From an uncultured Candidatus Saccharibacteria bacterium (GTDB lineage: Bacteria; Patescibacteriota; Dojkabacteria; SC72): a stretch of DNA of 64,000 nt. Shown piece by piece: positions 1 to 10,449 of this stretch. How positions within the stretch are numbered: the first letter of the stretch is position 1; each line of letters begins with the position of its first letter. The translations under genes and the position numbers were made by a program. Where the stretch lies: assembly GCA_964403155.1 (NCBI GenBank), contig CAYOEG010000002.1, positions 74,296 through 138,295 on the forward strand, written 5' to 3'. Under the pieces are notes generated by a model. That model worked only from the letters and a program-made list of their open reading frames with translations. It made no database searches and had not been told where the DNA came from.

Positions 1-1
1 T

Positions 2-598
2 TCTAAAATTACTTCTAATCTACTACTAATCGAAAAGGACGATGAACTTGCAAAAGAGCTTTCCCTTTCATATCCCAATGTTCTCAATATAGATTTCTTA
101 GATTGGGATTTCAAAGAGTTAAACAGCGAGAAAAGCAAAAAAATAATATTTTTTGGATCCTTGCCATACAATGTAAGCAAGCCAATTATCCAAAAGATCA
201 TCTCATCTGAGTTCTTTAATAATAACTGTTATTTCATAATTCAAAAAGAAGTTGCAGATAAATACATAGCAAAGAGCCCAAACTCAAATATCCTCTCACT
301 TAAATCTCAACTTTTTGCTAATCCAACCAAATTATTTGATATCTCTCCTGGTTCATTCTTCCCTCCTCCCAAAGTGACAAGCAGTTTGATTTGTTTTGCC
401 CCCAAGTTACAGAAAATACAGCTAGATAATGAGAAATTTATAAAATTTCTTGAAAAATCTTTTAAATCACCAAGAAAAACCCTCAGAAACAATCTCAAAG
501 GTACAAATTTCAATGCAGACATACTTGCACTATTAGATAAACGCCCACAAGAGTTAACATTAGATGAATATCTTTTCCTATTCAACAATCTGATATAA
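2..598 (+). CDS. rsmA: 16S rRNA adenine dimethyltransferase (5' end outside window)
   Basis: Frame open from base 2; IEKD, GSLPYN (NLPY-like), IQKEVA, FFPPPKVTS, RKTLRNNL and RPQEL motifs typical of KsgA/RsmA. Confidence 0.9.
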   Translation, partial: SKITSNLLLIEKDDELAKELSLSYPNVLNIDFLDWDFKELNSEKSKKIIFFGSLPYNVSKPIIQKIISSEFFNNNCYFIIQKEVADKYIAKSPNSNILSLKSQLFANPTKLFDISPGSFFPPPKVTSSLICFAPKLQKIQLDNEKFIKFLEKSFKSPRKTLRNNLKGTNFNADILALLDKRPQELTLDEYLFLFNNLI

Positions 599-608
599 TA
601 GTCTAATT

Positions 609-1079
609 ATGAAAAAGGCTAAAAAATCAGAAAAGCCGAAAGAGGAGAAAGTAAAACAACTTGATCTCGGCATAAAAGATCCATTTAAAAACAAGATTTA
701 CAAGATTAAAGGAAAAACCGACAATATCATTCTCCAATTTGAGGTAAGGAAGTTCTTTAAGGATCCATTCTTCTGGTTTGTAATCGTTTTCAGCTTAATT
801 ATGATTGCCCAGCAAATATATTGGATAATGACTAATATCTCACAGTTCCCATCTTTAACGCCAATACTTAATTACAACCTATCCTCGGATACAAGGCTCT
901 TGCCAAAAGAATACCTCTATATATTCCCTTCAATCTCAATTTTCTCTATAATTATGAGCACTATAGTTACTGCTCGCTACTACAACAAAGAAAAAATGCT
1001 ATCGAAATTGGTACTATTGTGTGGTCTTTTAGCATCCATTTCTGGGACTATAATGTTAATTCATTTAACCATTTCTTAA
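609..1079 (+). CDS. Hypothetical membrane protein (3 TM segments)
   Basis: 156-aa ORF with hydrophobic segments; extended -10 TGATATAAT at 591-599. Confidence 0.7.
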   Translation: MKKAKKSEKPKEEKVKQLDLGIKDPFKNKIYKIKGKTDNIILQFEVRKFFKDPFFWFVIVFSLIMIAQQIYWIMTNISQFPSLTPILNYNLSSDTRLLPKEYLYIFPSISIFSIIMSTIVTARYYNKEKMLSKLVLLCGLLASISGTIMLIHLTIS

Positions 1080-1080
1080 C

Positions 1081-2292
1081 ATGGATTTTTCAACAATAGC
1101 AGAGATTTTAAGCACAATACTTTCACTCCCTTTCTTTGAGACAATTGTTAATACTGAATATCATAAATACATACAATATTTACCATTGTTTCTAGGTGGA
1201 GCCGTGCTTTCACTAATTCTCGCACCAATAATTGGACATATTGCTCTCAAGAACGACATTACATACAAACCTGGTGTAAAGAAAAATCATAAGGATTTTG
1301 ACAATCCGGAGAAAGCCCTTCATGAAGGTATAACCCCGGCACTTGGAGGATTGGCAGTCGCTATCCCAGTATTACTTGCAATATTGTTGCTTTTTAAATT
1401 AGATAGCTTTACAATCCCCATTTTAATAGCATTCCTAGTCCTTACTGTCGGATCTACCCTCGATGATATATTGAATCTACCTGCAAAAGTACAACTTGGA
1501 TATCAGATCGTCGCAGCATTAATAATTGCAACTTCAGTAATAAACCTTGGAAACTCTTCATTCGTTGGAATAGATTTTAACTTTGCTACATGGGATTTTT
1601 CACTATTAGGATTACAGCTTTCGCTAGCTTTCCCTGGAGATATAATTCTCTTCATCTGGATTCTAGTATGTATCAATGCTGTAAAATGGACCGCCGGTTC
1701 TCCTGGAATTATTGAGGCAAATTCTTTGACTATTTTTGCCCTCATTTTTGTTATTGCAGTAAGGTACGAATCTGTATTTTCATCCACTCTTTCAATCGTT
1801 GCAGCAGGTGCATTGCTGGTTTTCCTAGTGTTTGCTTTCCCACCACAAAAAATCATGTCTGGATCCACCGGAAAAACGATATATGGCTTCCTAATATGCA
1901 TATTAGCAATAGTAGCAGATACGAAATTTTCAACTACATTGATGCTAGTCCTCATTCCAGTAATAGACTTTGTATATGTAATACTCAAGAGATTAATTGC
2001 ATACAAACCAAAATCTTTTGCAGAGCTATTGCGCATAAATGATACTAGTCACCTACATCATCAATTAATGAAATTAAACCTCACAAGAGGACAAATTGTA
2101 TTAATTGAGATGGTAGTTACACTCTTAATTGGTTCCATTGCCGTTTTAAGTACTGGAGCTATTAGATACTTCGCATTAATTCTGGGTGCTGCACTAGGTA
2201 TTGCCTTTATCGTTATAGCAAATATCCGTGCTTCCAAACAAAAAGAGAAAAAATTGAAAGAAAAATCACCAGAGTCCCGATACTCCTACTAG
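1081..2292 (+). CDS. MraY/WecA-family polyprenyl-phosphate HexNAc-1-P transferase
   Basis: TPALGGLA, LDD, INAV, PVIDF and HLHHQL motifs; multi-TM. Confidence 0.85.
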   Translation: MDFSTIAEILSTILSLPFFETIVNTEYHKYIQYLPLFLGGAVLSLILAPIIGHIALKNDITYKPGVKKNHKDFDNPEKALHEGITPALGGLAVAIPVLLAILLLFKLDSFTIPILIAFLVLTVGSTLDDILNLPAKVQLGYQIVAALIIATSVINLGNSSFVGIDFNFATWDFSLLGLQLSLAFPGDIILFIWILVCINAVKWTAGSPGIIEANSLTIFALIFVIAVRYESVFSSTLSIVAAGALLVFLVFAFPPQKIMSGSTGKTIYGFLICILAIVADTKFSTTLMLVLIPVIDFVYVILKRLIAYKPKSFAELLRINDTSHLHHQLMKLNLTRGQIVLIEMVVTLLIGSIAVLSTGAIRYFALILGAALGIAFIVIANIRASKQKEKKLKEKSPESRYSY

Positions 2293-2332
2293 TTTCTAGA
2301 CAAATCAAGTAGCTATGAATATAATCTAGATA

Positions 2333-2974
2333 ATGAAAAATCGTAAAACTGTCCTAATAATAGCGATCGCTATTCTTGTTATATCCATAATTCTGTATTT
2401 TCTTCCTCTTGGAAAGATTTTGGGCAGTATCCCTCTCTTAAATGTGTTCTACAACAACACCTCTATGGAGATAATTGTCGAGAAAGGTAAGGCACAGGTA
2501 CAGATCAATGATAAAGATTACGGACAAACCCCCGTAACAGTTGAGAATCTAAAAGAGGGAAAATATGCAATCGAACTTAGTAAAATAGCAGGAGATGATA
2601 CCTTCTATGAAAACCAAACTTTTGAGGTTGAGATCTCAAAAAACACATCTGCAAGGATCGATATTGAAATAGGCCCTGAGAATATTCTTAACGGTACCAT
2701 CCTCTACTATACAGAAGCCGCAAATACCCAAAAGGGCAAAGGCTTGCTCACTATAACTAGTTCGGTTGAAGAAGCCAAGGTATATGTAGATAAGGAATAC
2801 CTGGGGACATCCCCAATTACAAATCTTGAGCTAGCTGATAATCAGTACCAAGTAAAGGTTTCAGCCCAAGGATACGAAGATGTTGAAATCCCTGTTTTTG
2901 TACGATCAGGATACCTTCTCAACCTAAAAACTTTTCATTTCCCTATACCAGTAAATTTTGATACAGTTGAATAA
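2333..2974 (+). CDS. Membrane-anchored PEGA-domain protein
   Basis: N-terminal TM; two PEGA-like repeats (AQVQIND..YGQTP; AKVYVD..YLGTSP...GY). Confidence 0.8.
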   Translation: MKNRKTVLIIAIAILVISIILYFLPLGKILGSIPLLNVFYNNTSMEIIVEKGKAQVQINDKDYGQTPVTVENLKEGKYAIELSKIAGDDTFYENQTFEVEISKNTSARIDIEIGPENILNGTILYYTEAANTQKGKGLLTITSSVEEAKVYVDKEYLGTSPITNLELADNQYQVKVSAQGYEDVEIPVFVRSGYLLNLKTFHFPIPVNFDTVE

Positions 2975-2975
2975 C

Positions 2976-5975
2976 ATGAAGAATTCAAAATTAGACAAAA
3001 TTAAAGCACAAACACCAGTCTCTCTCCTTATACATGGGGGAAACAGAACGGGTTATTTAATTGCGAAAACATTAATAGAACAAGGTTGTCATGTCATTAT
3101 CGTAGATAATTACAACTCACAAACTAGCAAGTATATCTCGGAACTTAAAGGCTCCGCCTTAGTAGATTTCTTTGAATTCAAAGGTCTTGAGAATATATAT
3201 AAAGATATTAAGAGATATGACTATCTCTTCTATTTCTTAAACAATGCACTTCAGTCGAAGGAATATGATAGTAAAGAATTCATTCGAGAATCTGGTTATT
3301 TAGAAGAAAGTCTCAAAAGTGCCAAAAAGCACAATGCAAAAGTCTCTCTAATATCTTCACTACGATTAAACCGAGAACTCGCCAACAGAGTTAATAATCT
3401 AAAAATGGCATCCCCATCGCCTTACTCTGGAATGGAATTACAAAAATATTGTGAGACTCTCTCTGCAGAATTCAGAGACAAGACGAATTTGAATATTAGG
3501 ATTCTTAGGTTAGGAACAGTACTTGGTAAAGGTGTAACGAAGATTGATAATGAAACTCTACACGAACTTGTAAAGGATGCTACACAGAAGCCACAGATTA
3601 CAATAAAAGGGGAGGGATTAGATATACACAATATTATTGACGAAAGAGATGCTGTATATGGGATTCTTAAGCTTACATTCTCGGACAAAACGAAAGGCGA
3701 AGTTGTAACTCTCGCCAATAAAAATAATTACACAACGCTATCAATTGCATACAAACTACTCGAACTTAACACAGAATCTCAATCCATAAAGTTTGTAGAA
3801 AATCCTCAAAGGGATTTCGTCGTACAAGATCTGTATGTGCCTGCACCACATGCTTCGAAATATGGATGGGTTCAACAGGTTACATTGGAGGAAACCATGG
3901 CAGATCAGATTCACACGTACTACGATGATATAAACAAGGATTGGAGCTACGATCAAAGACCAACAAAGAAGGCAATCGACAATGTTAAGACTGCCAAGAC
4001 AGGGCTTGGGAAATTTCTGGATAAGCTTGTGAGTCCATTTAGGAAATTAAATCCTGGAGAAAGACAAAAGCGAGAGAAAAAAGAGATAAAACCTGGACAG
4101 GTATTAAAGATCGCCGGGATTACAGCATCATTAATTGTCTCGACGTACTTCTTGATATATCCACTAATTAGCGTCTCTTTGGGACTTCTTTTCATCTCAG
4201 CCAATAGCAAAGATCTCAAGGATTCCCTCGTAAGTATGAATACAACCAATAGTGAAAGGAAAGTTGTACAGATACAGGAGAATGTTGAGAGAATGACAGC
4301 GGGGTTGCAGAATCTCCGATGGGCATTTATCGTTTTTGGTCAGGATGCACTCTATACAAATACAACACAACTTCTACTCAGTGCTCAGTATGCAGCCGAT
4401 GGAGCAGAAGACATGTTACAAGCTACTCAGCCACTTTTCGAATATGTTCGGGACTTCCAACCAGCGATTAGCTTGGGTTCATCTGTTCCAACTACAACCA
4501 GAGAATACACCACATATCTTAACGATATCGAGCAGAATAGTTACAAAATTACTGAAGCTGCATACAAGATTTCGCTAGCAGAAGGGATCTTAGAGCAGGT
4601 GAATATAAATACATTTCCGCAAGCTGGAAGAGATAAGATATCCGAAATTAAAGACACAGTTTCTACTTTAAACACAGCGACCCAGACATTTAAAGAAGTC
4701 CTTACATTCCTTCCGGATGTCTTGGGTGTAGATGAAAGACAAAGATATCTCGTCCTGCTTCAAAACGAATCAGAGCTCAGAAGCACTGGGGGTTGGTTAA
4801 CAAGTTATGGAGTCATTGGCGTAGAAGGGGGGCAAATCAGAGAGTTATTTGTAGATGACATTTACAATGCTGACGGGACACTAAAGGCTCAAGGCAAAAC
4901 ATACACAGCACCTAAATCAATGCAACAAGCACTTGGTGTAACAATATGGCCATTCTCTTTGATAAACTGGTATCCAGATCTTACAGAGACTGAAGTATCC
5001 GCAGAGCCATATATCTCAGATCTTGGAAAAGGTAACGATTTAGATGGTGTGATCACAATTGATGTCGCATTTATTCAAAAACTTCTTCAGAAATGGGGAG
5101 GAATTGAGGTACCTGGGCAGAGCGAACTCATTACCAGCGAGAACCTTTACTCTAAAATCTTCGAGATGCACGAATCATTTACTCCAGGTTCTACACAAAA
5201 AACTACTTTCTTAGCAGATTTGGCAAACCAGATTATAACAAAGGTTCTTTCGATGAACTTTACAGATCTTACAACTCTAGGAGAGGTATTTGAAGAATCC
5301 TTAAATGAAAAACATCTTCAAGCGACATTCGAAAACACAGATGCTTACAATTTCTTTAACAAGAAAGAGTGGGCTGGATCACTAGATTCGCGATACGGGG
5401 AAGCACCAATTGCAATAGACTGGAATTGGGGTGGAAATAAAGCCAATCTGTACCTTACCAAGAATTACAATCTCAATGTTAATATTAAGGATGAAAATAC
5501 AATAGATTTTACATACTCCATAACTACTGAAAACACTTCAAAAACAACAACATATCCAGAAGGAGACTACACAAACTATCAGAGAATATACATACCTGCA
5601 AATGCAACGCTTCTTTCAGCCAAAGGATTTGAGAATAATACATTCAGCACAATAAGAGAAAGTGGGTTCAAGATTATTGGCGGATGGTTCAATATCCCAA
5701 TACAATCAACAAAGACATTAGAGATGTCATACCGAATAACTCGAGAAGGTTCTAACTTCCCATTAGAATTAAATGAAAAGAATATCTTTTTAGATTTAAA
5801 CATATTTAAGCAAGCTGGGGAGAGAGCACATGCATACAAGTTGGATATAACATATCCAGAGAACTGGAATGTAGAATCCTCTGGCAATCTTAATAGCATA
5901 TCAAACCAACTTTCCGGTAGGTTTGAGCTAGCTACAAATCAAACATTTAATATAGTCTGGAACAACGGAAATTAA
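2976..5975 (+). CDS. Fusion: degenerate NAD-dependent epimerase/SDR domain + TM + DUF4012-like extracellular domain
   Basis: N-terminal LLIHGGNRTG Rossmann-like start; TM near residues 385-410; YLVLLQNESELRSTGG, DGVITID and NWGGNKAN typical of DUF4012 proteins. Confidence 0.75.
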   Translation: MKNSKLDKIKAQTPVSLLIHGGNRTGYLIAKTLIEQGCHVIIVDNYNSQTSKYISELKGSALVDFFEFKGLENIYKDIKRYDYLFYFLNNALQSKEYDSKEFIRESGYLEESLKSAKKHNAKVSLISSLRLNRELANRVNNLKMASPSPYSGMELQKYCETLSAEFRDKTNLNIRILRLGTVLGKGVTKIDNETLHELVKDATQKPQITIKGEGLDIHNIIDERDAVYGILKLTFSDKTKGEVVTLANKNNYTTLSIAYKLLELNTESQSIKFVENPQRDFVVQDLYVPAPHASKYGWVQQVTLEETMADQIHTYYDDINKDWSYDQRPTKKAIDNVKTAKTGLGKFLDKLVSPFRKLNPGERQKREKKEIKPGQVLKIAGITASLIVSTYFLIYPLISVSLGLLFISANSKDLKDSLVSMNTTNSERKVVQIQENVERMTAGLQNLRWAFIVFGQDALYTNTTQLLLSAQYAADGAEDMLQATQPLFEYVRDFQPAISLGSSVPTTTREYTTYLNDIEQNSYKITEAAYKISLAEGILEQVNINTFPQAGRDKISEIKDTVSTLNTATQTFKEVLTFLPDVLGVDERQRYLVLLQNESELRSTGGWLTSYGVIGVEGGQIRELFVDDIYNADGTLKAQGKTYTAPKSMQQALGVTIWPFSLINWYPDLTETEVSAEPYISDLGKGNDLDGVITIDVAFIQKLLQKWGGIEVPGQSELITSENLYSKIFEMHESFTPGSTQKTTFLADLANQIITKVLSMNFTDLTTLGEVFEESLNEKHLQATFENTDAYNFFNKKEWAGSLDSRYGEAPIAIDWNWGGNKANLYLTKNYNLNVNIKDENTIDFTYSITTENTSKTTTYPEGDYTNYQRIYIPANATLLSAKGFENNTFSTIRESGFKIIGGWFNIPIQSTKTLEMSYRITREGSNFPLELNEKNIFLDLNIFKQAGERAHAYKLDITYPENWNVESSGNLNSISNQLSGRFELATNQTFNIVWNNGN

Positions 5976-6310
5976 AGAATAACCTTTGGGTTTTCTTTCA
6001 AACATGTGTATATTTCAAGGATATTCTGGGGTGTTATCTCTTTTTCACTGGAGAATTTTTTAAGCTCTTTTACATCAAGATCTGTATTTATTGCCACTCG
6101 ATTACTAATACCAAGTGGAATAACTAACGTAGCAATGTGCTTTGATTTACAATTATGACACGAAAAGTGTATAATGCTTGATACTCCAGTGTTCTGGATT
6201 ATATTAACATCTTCAAGAGCATACTGAGTGCCACATTTATCACAAAACCGAGCAACGGTATCTAAGAAAAATTGTTTCTTTTGTATTAACATGTCCTTTT
6301 TACTGTCCAT
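5972..6310 (-). CDS. Hypothetical zinc-ribbon protein
   Basis: CDKC...CHNC; start placed at ATG 6310, 7 nt after a minus-strand TGATATAAT. Confidence 0.7.
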   Translation of the reverse strand: MDSKKDMLIQKKQFFLDTVARFCDKCGTQYALEDVNIIQNTGVSSIIHFSCHNCKSKHIATLVIPLGISNRVAINTDLDVKELKKFSSEKEITPQNILEIYTCLKENPKVIL

Positions 6311-6337
6311 ATCTAAAATTATATCATAATTCCTTCT
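6311..6337. promoter_or_regulatory. Bidirectional promoter with back-to-back -10 elements
   Basis: Minus-strand TATAAT at 6318-6323 (extended TG) and plus-strand CATAAT at 6325-6330, each 7 nt from a divergent ATG. Confidence 0.7.
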
Positions 6338-7417
6338 ATGACAGACAAAGAGAAAGCCATTAAAATATTGGTTGAGAAAGGGAAAGATCAAGGTTTCCTT
6401 ACACAAGAGGATCTTTTAGATGTATTTCCAACAGTAGAAGAAGACGTAGAGCTTTTGGATGATATTTTCGCTTCATTGCAAGAGAATGATATTGAGGTAC
6501 TAGAGCCAGAAGAAAATCCTGAGACATTAGAAAAAGAAGAGCTTACACTCGAGAAGAAAATCCGGATTCTTAAAACTATTCAATCCAGTCTTTCCACTGA
6601 TGCTATTAGGTCATACCTGTATGAGATAGGGAGGATTCCCCTACTTACAGGAGAAGAAGAGAAGATCCTTGCAAAAAGAATCGAGGCAGGAGATGAGGAA
6701 GCTACACAGTTGTTAATAACTGCAAACCTTAGATTGGTTGTCAGTATTGCAAAGAAATACAGTAAGAGCGGATTAGAACTATTAGATTTAATCCAAGAGG
6801 GAAACATCGGTTTGATGAGGGCAGTTGAGAAATTTGATTACACTAAAGGTTTCAAGTTCTCTACATATGCTACTTGGTGGATCAGACAAGCAATTACAAG
6901 AGCAATCGCAGATCAAGCAAGAACTATCCGTGTACCAGTGCATATGATTGAAACCATCAACAAATTCAACAAGGTTAACAACGCATTAACCACCAGATTG
7001 GGTAGACCTCCTGTAGATGAAGAAATCGCAAAAGAGATGGATATTGAGTTAGAGAAGGTTGCAGAAATTAGAAAGATCAAACAGAATCCTACTTCTCTTT
7101 CTACACCAATAGGGGAGGAGAAAGATAGCAAGCTTCAAGATGTCATCGCCGATGATTGGTCACAATCTCCAGAAGAGTATGCTACTTCGGAGTATCTTAG
7201 GAATCAGTTGAAGGACATTTTAGATACTCTTCAAGACAGAGAAAGAAGAGTCCTATCTCTAAGATTTGGATTAGATGATGGTGTTTCCAGAACATTAGAA
7301 GAGGTTGGAAAAGAATTCGGTGTAACCAGAGAAAGAATCAGACAGATCGAAGCGAAGGCATTAAAGAAACTCAAGGAGAAATCCGCCCAACAGAAATTAG
7401 ATGACTATATAGATTAA
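6338..7417 (+). CDS. rpoD: RNA polymerase primary sigma factor
   Basis: [54 protein letters not shown]. Confidence 0.97.
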   Translation: MTDKEKAIKILVEKGKDQGFLTQEDLLDVFPTVEEDVELLDDIFASLQENDIEVLEPEENPETLEKEELTLEKKIRILKTIQSSLSTDAIRSYLYEIGRIPLLTGEEEKILAKRIEAGDEEATQLLITANLRLVVSIAKKYSKSGLELLDLIQEGNIGLMRAVEKFDYTKGFKFSTYATWWIRQAITRAIADQARTIRVPVHMIETINKFNKVNNALTTRLGRPPVDEEIAKEMDIELEKVAEIRKIKQNPTSLSTPIGEEKDSKLQDVIADDWSQSPEEYATSEYLRNQLKDILDTLQDRERRVLSLRFGLDDGVSRTLEEVGKEFGVTRERIRQIEAKALKKLKEKSAQQKLDDYID

Positions 7418-7659
7418 TTTGAACTTTCCGTTAAGTTCAAAAACTGGGAGGGAGATACTGTAAAACTCTTAGATGTTCTCTCTGTAACAAGATTCAATTC
7501 TTCTTCATCAAAAGAGGGTGATAATTGTTTTGTATATGATGAAGCATTTGGGTTAACATCTACATCATTTGTACTGAAATATATTGTAGACCCAACCCAA
7601 ACAACAGCCACTACTAGGAGAAGAACTAGTGCTATTAATGATTTTTTAATCCATTCCAT
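7414..7659 (-). CDS. Small membrane protein, last gene of the pilN-pilO operon
   Basis: N-terminal TM; follows pilO-like gene. Confidence 0.65.
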   Translation of the reverse strand: MEWIKKSLIALVLLLVVAVVWVGSTIYFSTNDVDVNPNASSYTKQLSPSFDEEELNLVTERTSKSFTVSPSQFLNLTESSN

Positions 7660-7664
7660 ATTGC

Positions 7665-8279
7665 TTAGTTATAAAAGTTATTATTATCTATTTTATAAAT
7701 TCTCAGGGTTATACTAAAGTTTGTTAGACCACCGGAATCCTTCTGATCAGAATAGGCAAACGATTCCACTACTGGATACATTGGTAAAGCTTCCAAACTT
7801 TTCAGTAAATTCACCACATTTGATATATTTCCCTTTGCAACAACCTGCATAGACCATGGGATTAAAACTTTGGGTGTAAAAGTGACATTCTTGTCACTAT
7901 ATTTATCAAAATCTACACCTATCATGGAGAAGCTATTTCTTGATAAAACAGATTCTATATTTGCGAGAAGCAAACTAAAATTCCCATTAGAAGGATATAT
8001 CAGTTCAAGATCGCCCAAGTTCGTACTAAGATCCTCGTACTGTTTATCTAATGTGCTTAGTGTATTAATCTTCGCCTCCAATGAGGTATTCAACCTGTTC
8101 TTTTCCTTAATACTCGAATTTATCTGTGTAATTGTGATAATTGTCGGACGAACAGCAAATATTATCAAAAGAATAGAGACAAAGACTGTAACTCCAGCGA
8201 AGATATATCCCTTCTTCTTCTCCGGAGATTCCTTAATTAATTTAATATATTCCGTTGTATTCAATCCTTTTTCTTCCAT
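7665..8279 (-). CDS. pilO: Type IV pilus assembly PilO-like protein
   Basis: TM + coiled coil + ferredoxin-like C-terminus (G....V.NLLKSLE); follows PilN-like gene. Confidence 0.65.
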   Translation of the reverse strand: MEEKGLNTTEYIKLIKESPEKKKGYIFAGVTVFVSILLIIFAVRPTIITITQINSSIKEKNRLNTSLEAKINTLSTLDKQYEDLSTNLGDLELIYPSNGNFSLLLANIESVLSRNSFSMIGVDFDKYSDKNVTFTPKVLIPWSMQVVAKGNISNVVNLLKSLEALPMYPVVESFAYSDQKDSGGLTNFSITLRIYKIDNNNFYN

Positions 8280-8280
8280 A

Positions 8281-8832
8281 TTAATCAACAATAATTGAGA
8301 AATTTACATTAACAACTATCTCGCTACTGTCCTTGTTTATATTGAATGATACATCTGAGTAATTAGGATTATTTTTCAACGAGGATTCATAATCTTTTAT
8401 TGCATCCAAACTATTGGATGTAAGCCTGAGGGCGACCTTGTTTACAGAATATCCGAATGTAGAAAGATGCAAGGAAGAAGGAATACCGCTGATCAATTCG
8501 CTTATCTTTACCGAATTTATTTCCTGTCTCTCCCTTATTATTCCGATATCGTTTAAAAGATATTGATAATTTTCATAAAGTGCAGCATTTTTTTGCCAGG
8601 TCTCATTCGAAAGAAGAGTTACTTTCCCATTAACATCTTCTGTCAGATCATTATTCTGTTTATCCAATATGAATCTTGAAAAGAAAACCCCTAAGACAAC
8701 CACCTCCACAGCGATCAACATATATTTTCCTACATTGGTCAACCATATATATGCATTGGCCCAGATATCAGTAGGGGAATATACAGGCTGAAGGAAGTCT
8801 ATCGATTGTGGCTGTTTTTTACTATTAAACAT
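8281..8832 (-). CDS. pilN: Type IV pilus assembly PilN-like protein
   Basis: N-terminal IDFL (INLL-like) motif, TM, coiled coil, IP..L.L..F motif. Confidence 0.65.
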   Translation of the reverse strand: MFNSKKQPQSIDFLQPVYSPTDIWANAYIWLTNVGKYMLIAVEVVVLGVFFSRFILDKQNNDLTEDVNGKVTLLSNETWQKNAALYENYQYLLNDIGIIRERQEINSVKISELISGIPSSLHLSTFGYSVNKVALRLTSNSLDAIKDYESSLKNNPNYSDVSFNINKDSSEIVVNVNFSIIVD

Positions 8833-8871
8833 TTGGCAGTTTTAATTTTTTACTACGTTTAGTATAGCATA

Positions 8872-10317
8872 TTATGTTTCTATTTTAGGGAAGAGTATAA
8901 CCTTCTCAAAATTTTCTAATGCATTATTAGCATTTTCTGTACTAATTGGGATAATAGGGGAGTAACAAGCGATTACATGTTTTAAGAGGTAGCTCAAATT
9001 GTTCAATATGATTCCAGCTTCTCCTACTTCTTTGCTCCACGGTTCTTCTTTCGTAATATATTTGTTTCCATAGTCTGCAAGTTGATCAATCTTTTCACCA
9101 GCAGAATATAGTTCATAATTTTCATACAAGCTATTAATCTCGCCTACATACCCGTCAACTGTTGTCTTGAACTCCTTTTCTACTTTCTCTTCATTATTCA
9201 TCTCTACCTCCTTCGCATTGGCAAGATGGATGACTCTGTTGAGAAGATTTCCAAAGTTGTTTGCTAATCTCGAGTTATACATGTTAACCAAGTCGTCTTC
9301 TTTGTATGCAGCATCGTCATAAGTGGTTATACCAGTTAGCAGATAGAATCTAACTATCTCTGCACCATATTTCTGTTCCTGTTCAAAAGGAGAGATTATG
9401 TTACCTACGGTTTTTGACATTTTAGTTCCATCAGATCCCAGTACCATACCATGTACTAGTAACTTGTCTGATTGTGGCAATCCTGCGGACGCCAACATAC
9501 CTTGCCATATTGCACCTTGGAATCTCAAGTTATCCGGGCCACATGTTTGTACTGGTCCCCACCATTGATTAAATCTCTCTTCATCACGTCCATATCCTAC
9601 TGCAATAGCATAGTTGGTCAATGCATCAAACCAGACATACATCATCTGAGTAGGGTCGTCAGGAACTTCAATACCCCATGGGAGATTTTCTCTTAATCTT
9701 GAGATGCTAATATCTTCCATCTCAGATATGAATTTCTTCAATTCCTCCATTTTGTATGCAGGTTTTACAAAGTCTTTGTTTTCATCTAGCCACTTTAAGA
9801 GTTGATCTCGGTATTTAGAAAGTCTGAAGAAATAGTTTTCCTCTGTCTTTTTCTCTGGTTCTGTATGATGATCTGGACATTTACCATCTACCAATTCTTT
9901 TTCTGTTAGATATCTTTCACAACCTACGCAATAGAGTCCTGTGTATTCCTTTTTGTATATATCTCCACTCTCATTGCATTTATTCCAGAATACTTGTGCT
10001 AATTCATGATGCTTAGGATCAGAGGTTCTGTAGAAGTTGTCATATGATATGTCAAAGAGTTTGCAAAAATCCATTACTCTTTGTGCATATTTATCTACAA
10101 ATGTTTTTAATTCCAATCCTTCTTCTTGTGCTTTGTAATATATTTTCTGTCCATGTTCATCTGTTCCTACATTGAAGAATACATTTTCCTTTCCTAATTT
10201 GTTTCTAAAATATCTTACTATTGTATCTGCTTGTACAAATTCTAAGGCGTGTCCTATATGGAGTTCTGCATTTACATAGGGGAGTGTAGTTGTTAGGTAG
10301 AATTTTTGTTTATTCAT
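8872..10317 (-). CDS. metG: Methionine--tRNA ligase (short form)
   Basis: YVN..LHIGH, GTDEHG, YVWFDAL, KMSKT. Confidence 0.96.
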   Translation of the reverse strand: MNKQKFYLTTTLPYVNAELHIGHALEFVQADTIVRYFRNKLGKENVFFNVGTDEHGQKIYYKAQEEGLELKTFVDKYAQRVMDFCKLFDISYDNFYRTSDPKHHELAQVFWNKCNESGDIYKKEYTGLYCVGCERYLTEKELVDGKCPDHHTEPEKKTEENYFFRLSKYRDQLLKWLDENKDFVKPAYKMEELKKFISEMEDISISRLRENLPWGIEVPDDPTQMMYVWFDALTNYAIAVGYGRDEERFNQWWGPVQTCGPDNLRFQGAIWQGMLASAGLPQSDKLLVHGMVLGSDGTKMSKTVGNIISPFEQEQKYGAEIVRFYLLTGITTYDDAAYKEDDLVNMYNSRLANNFGNLLNRVIHLANAKEVEMNNEEKVEKEFKTTVDGYVGEINSLYENYELYSAGEKIDQLADYGNKYITKEEPWSKEVGEAGIILNNLSYLLKHVIACYSPIIPISTENANNALENFEKVILFPKIET

Positions 10318-10449
10318 AAGCAAAATAATAGCAAAAATGTAGTAAATATACCACTATTAAACAACATCTTAGCCTACTGTAAAACAACGATTAACGAAAT
10401 CGCCGTACGGAATACTGTATTATATTATTATAGAATCCAATTCAAGGAA

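Noticed and set aside
6311-6406. N-terminal extension of the zinc-ribbon ORF given in the track
   Set aside because: It would overlap rpoD; ATG 6310 has a well-placed -10
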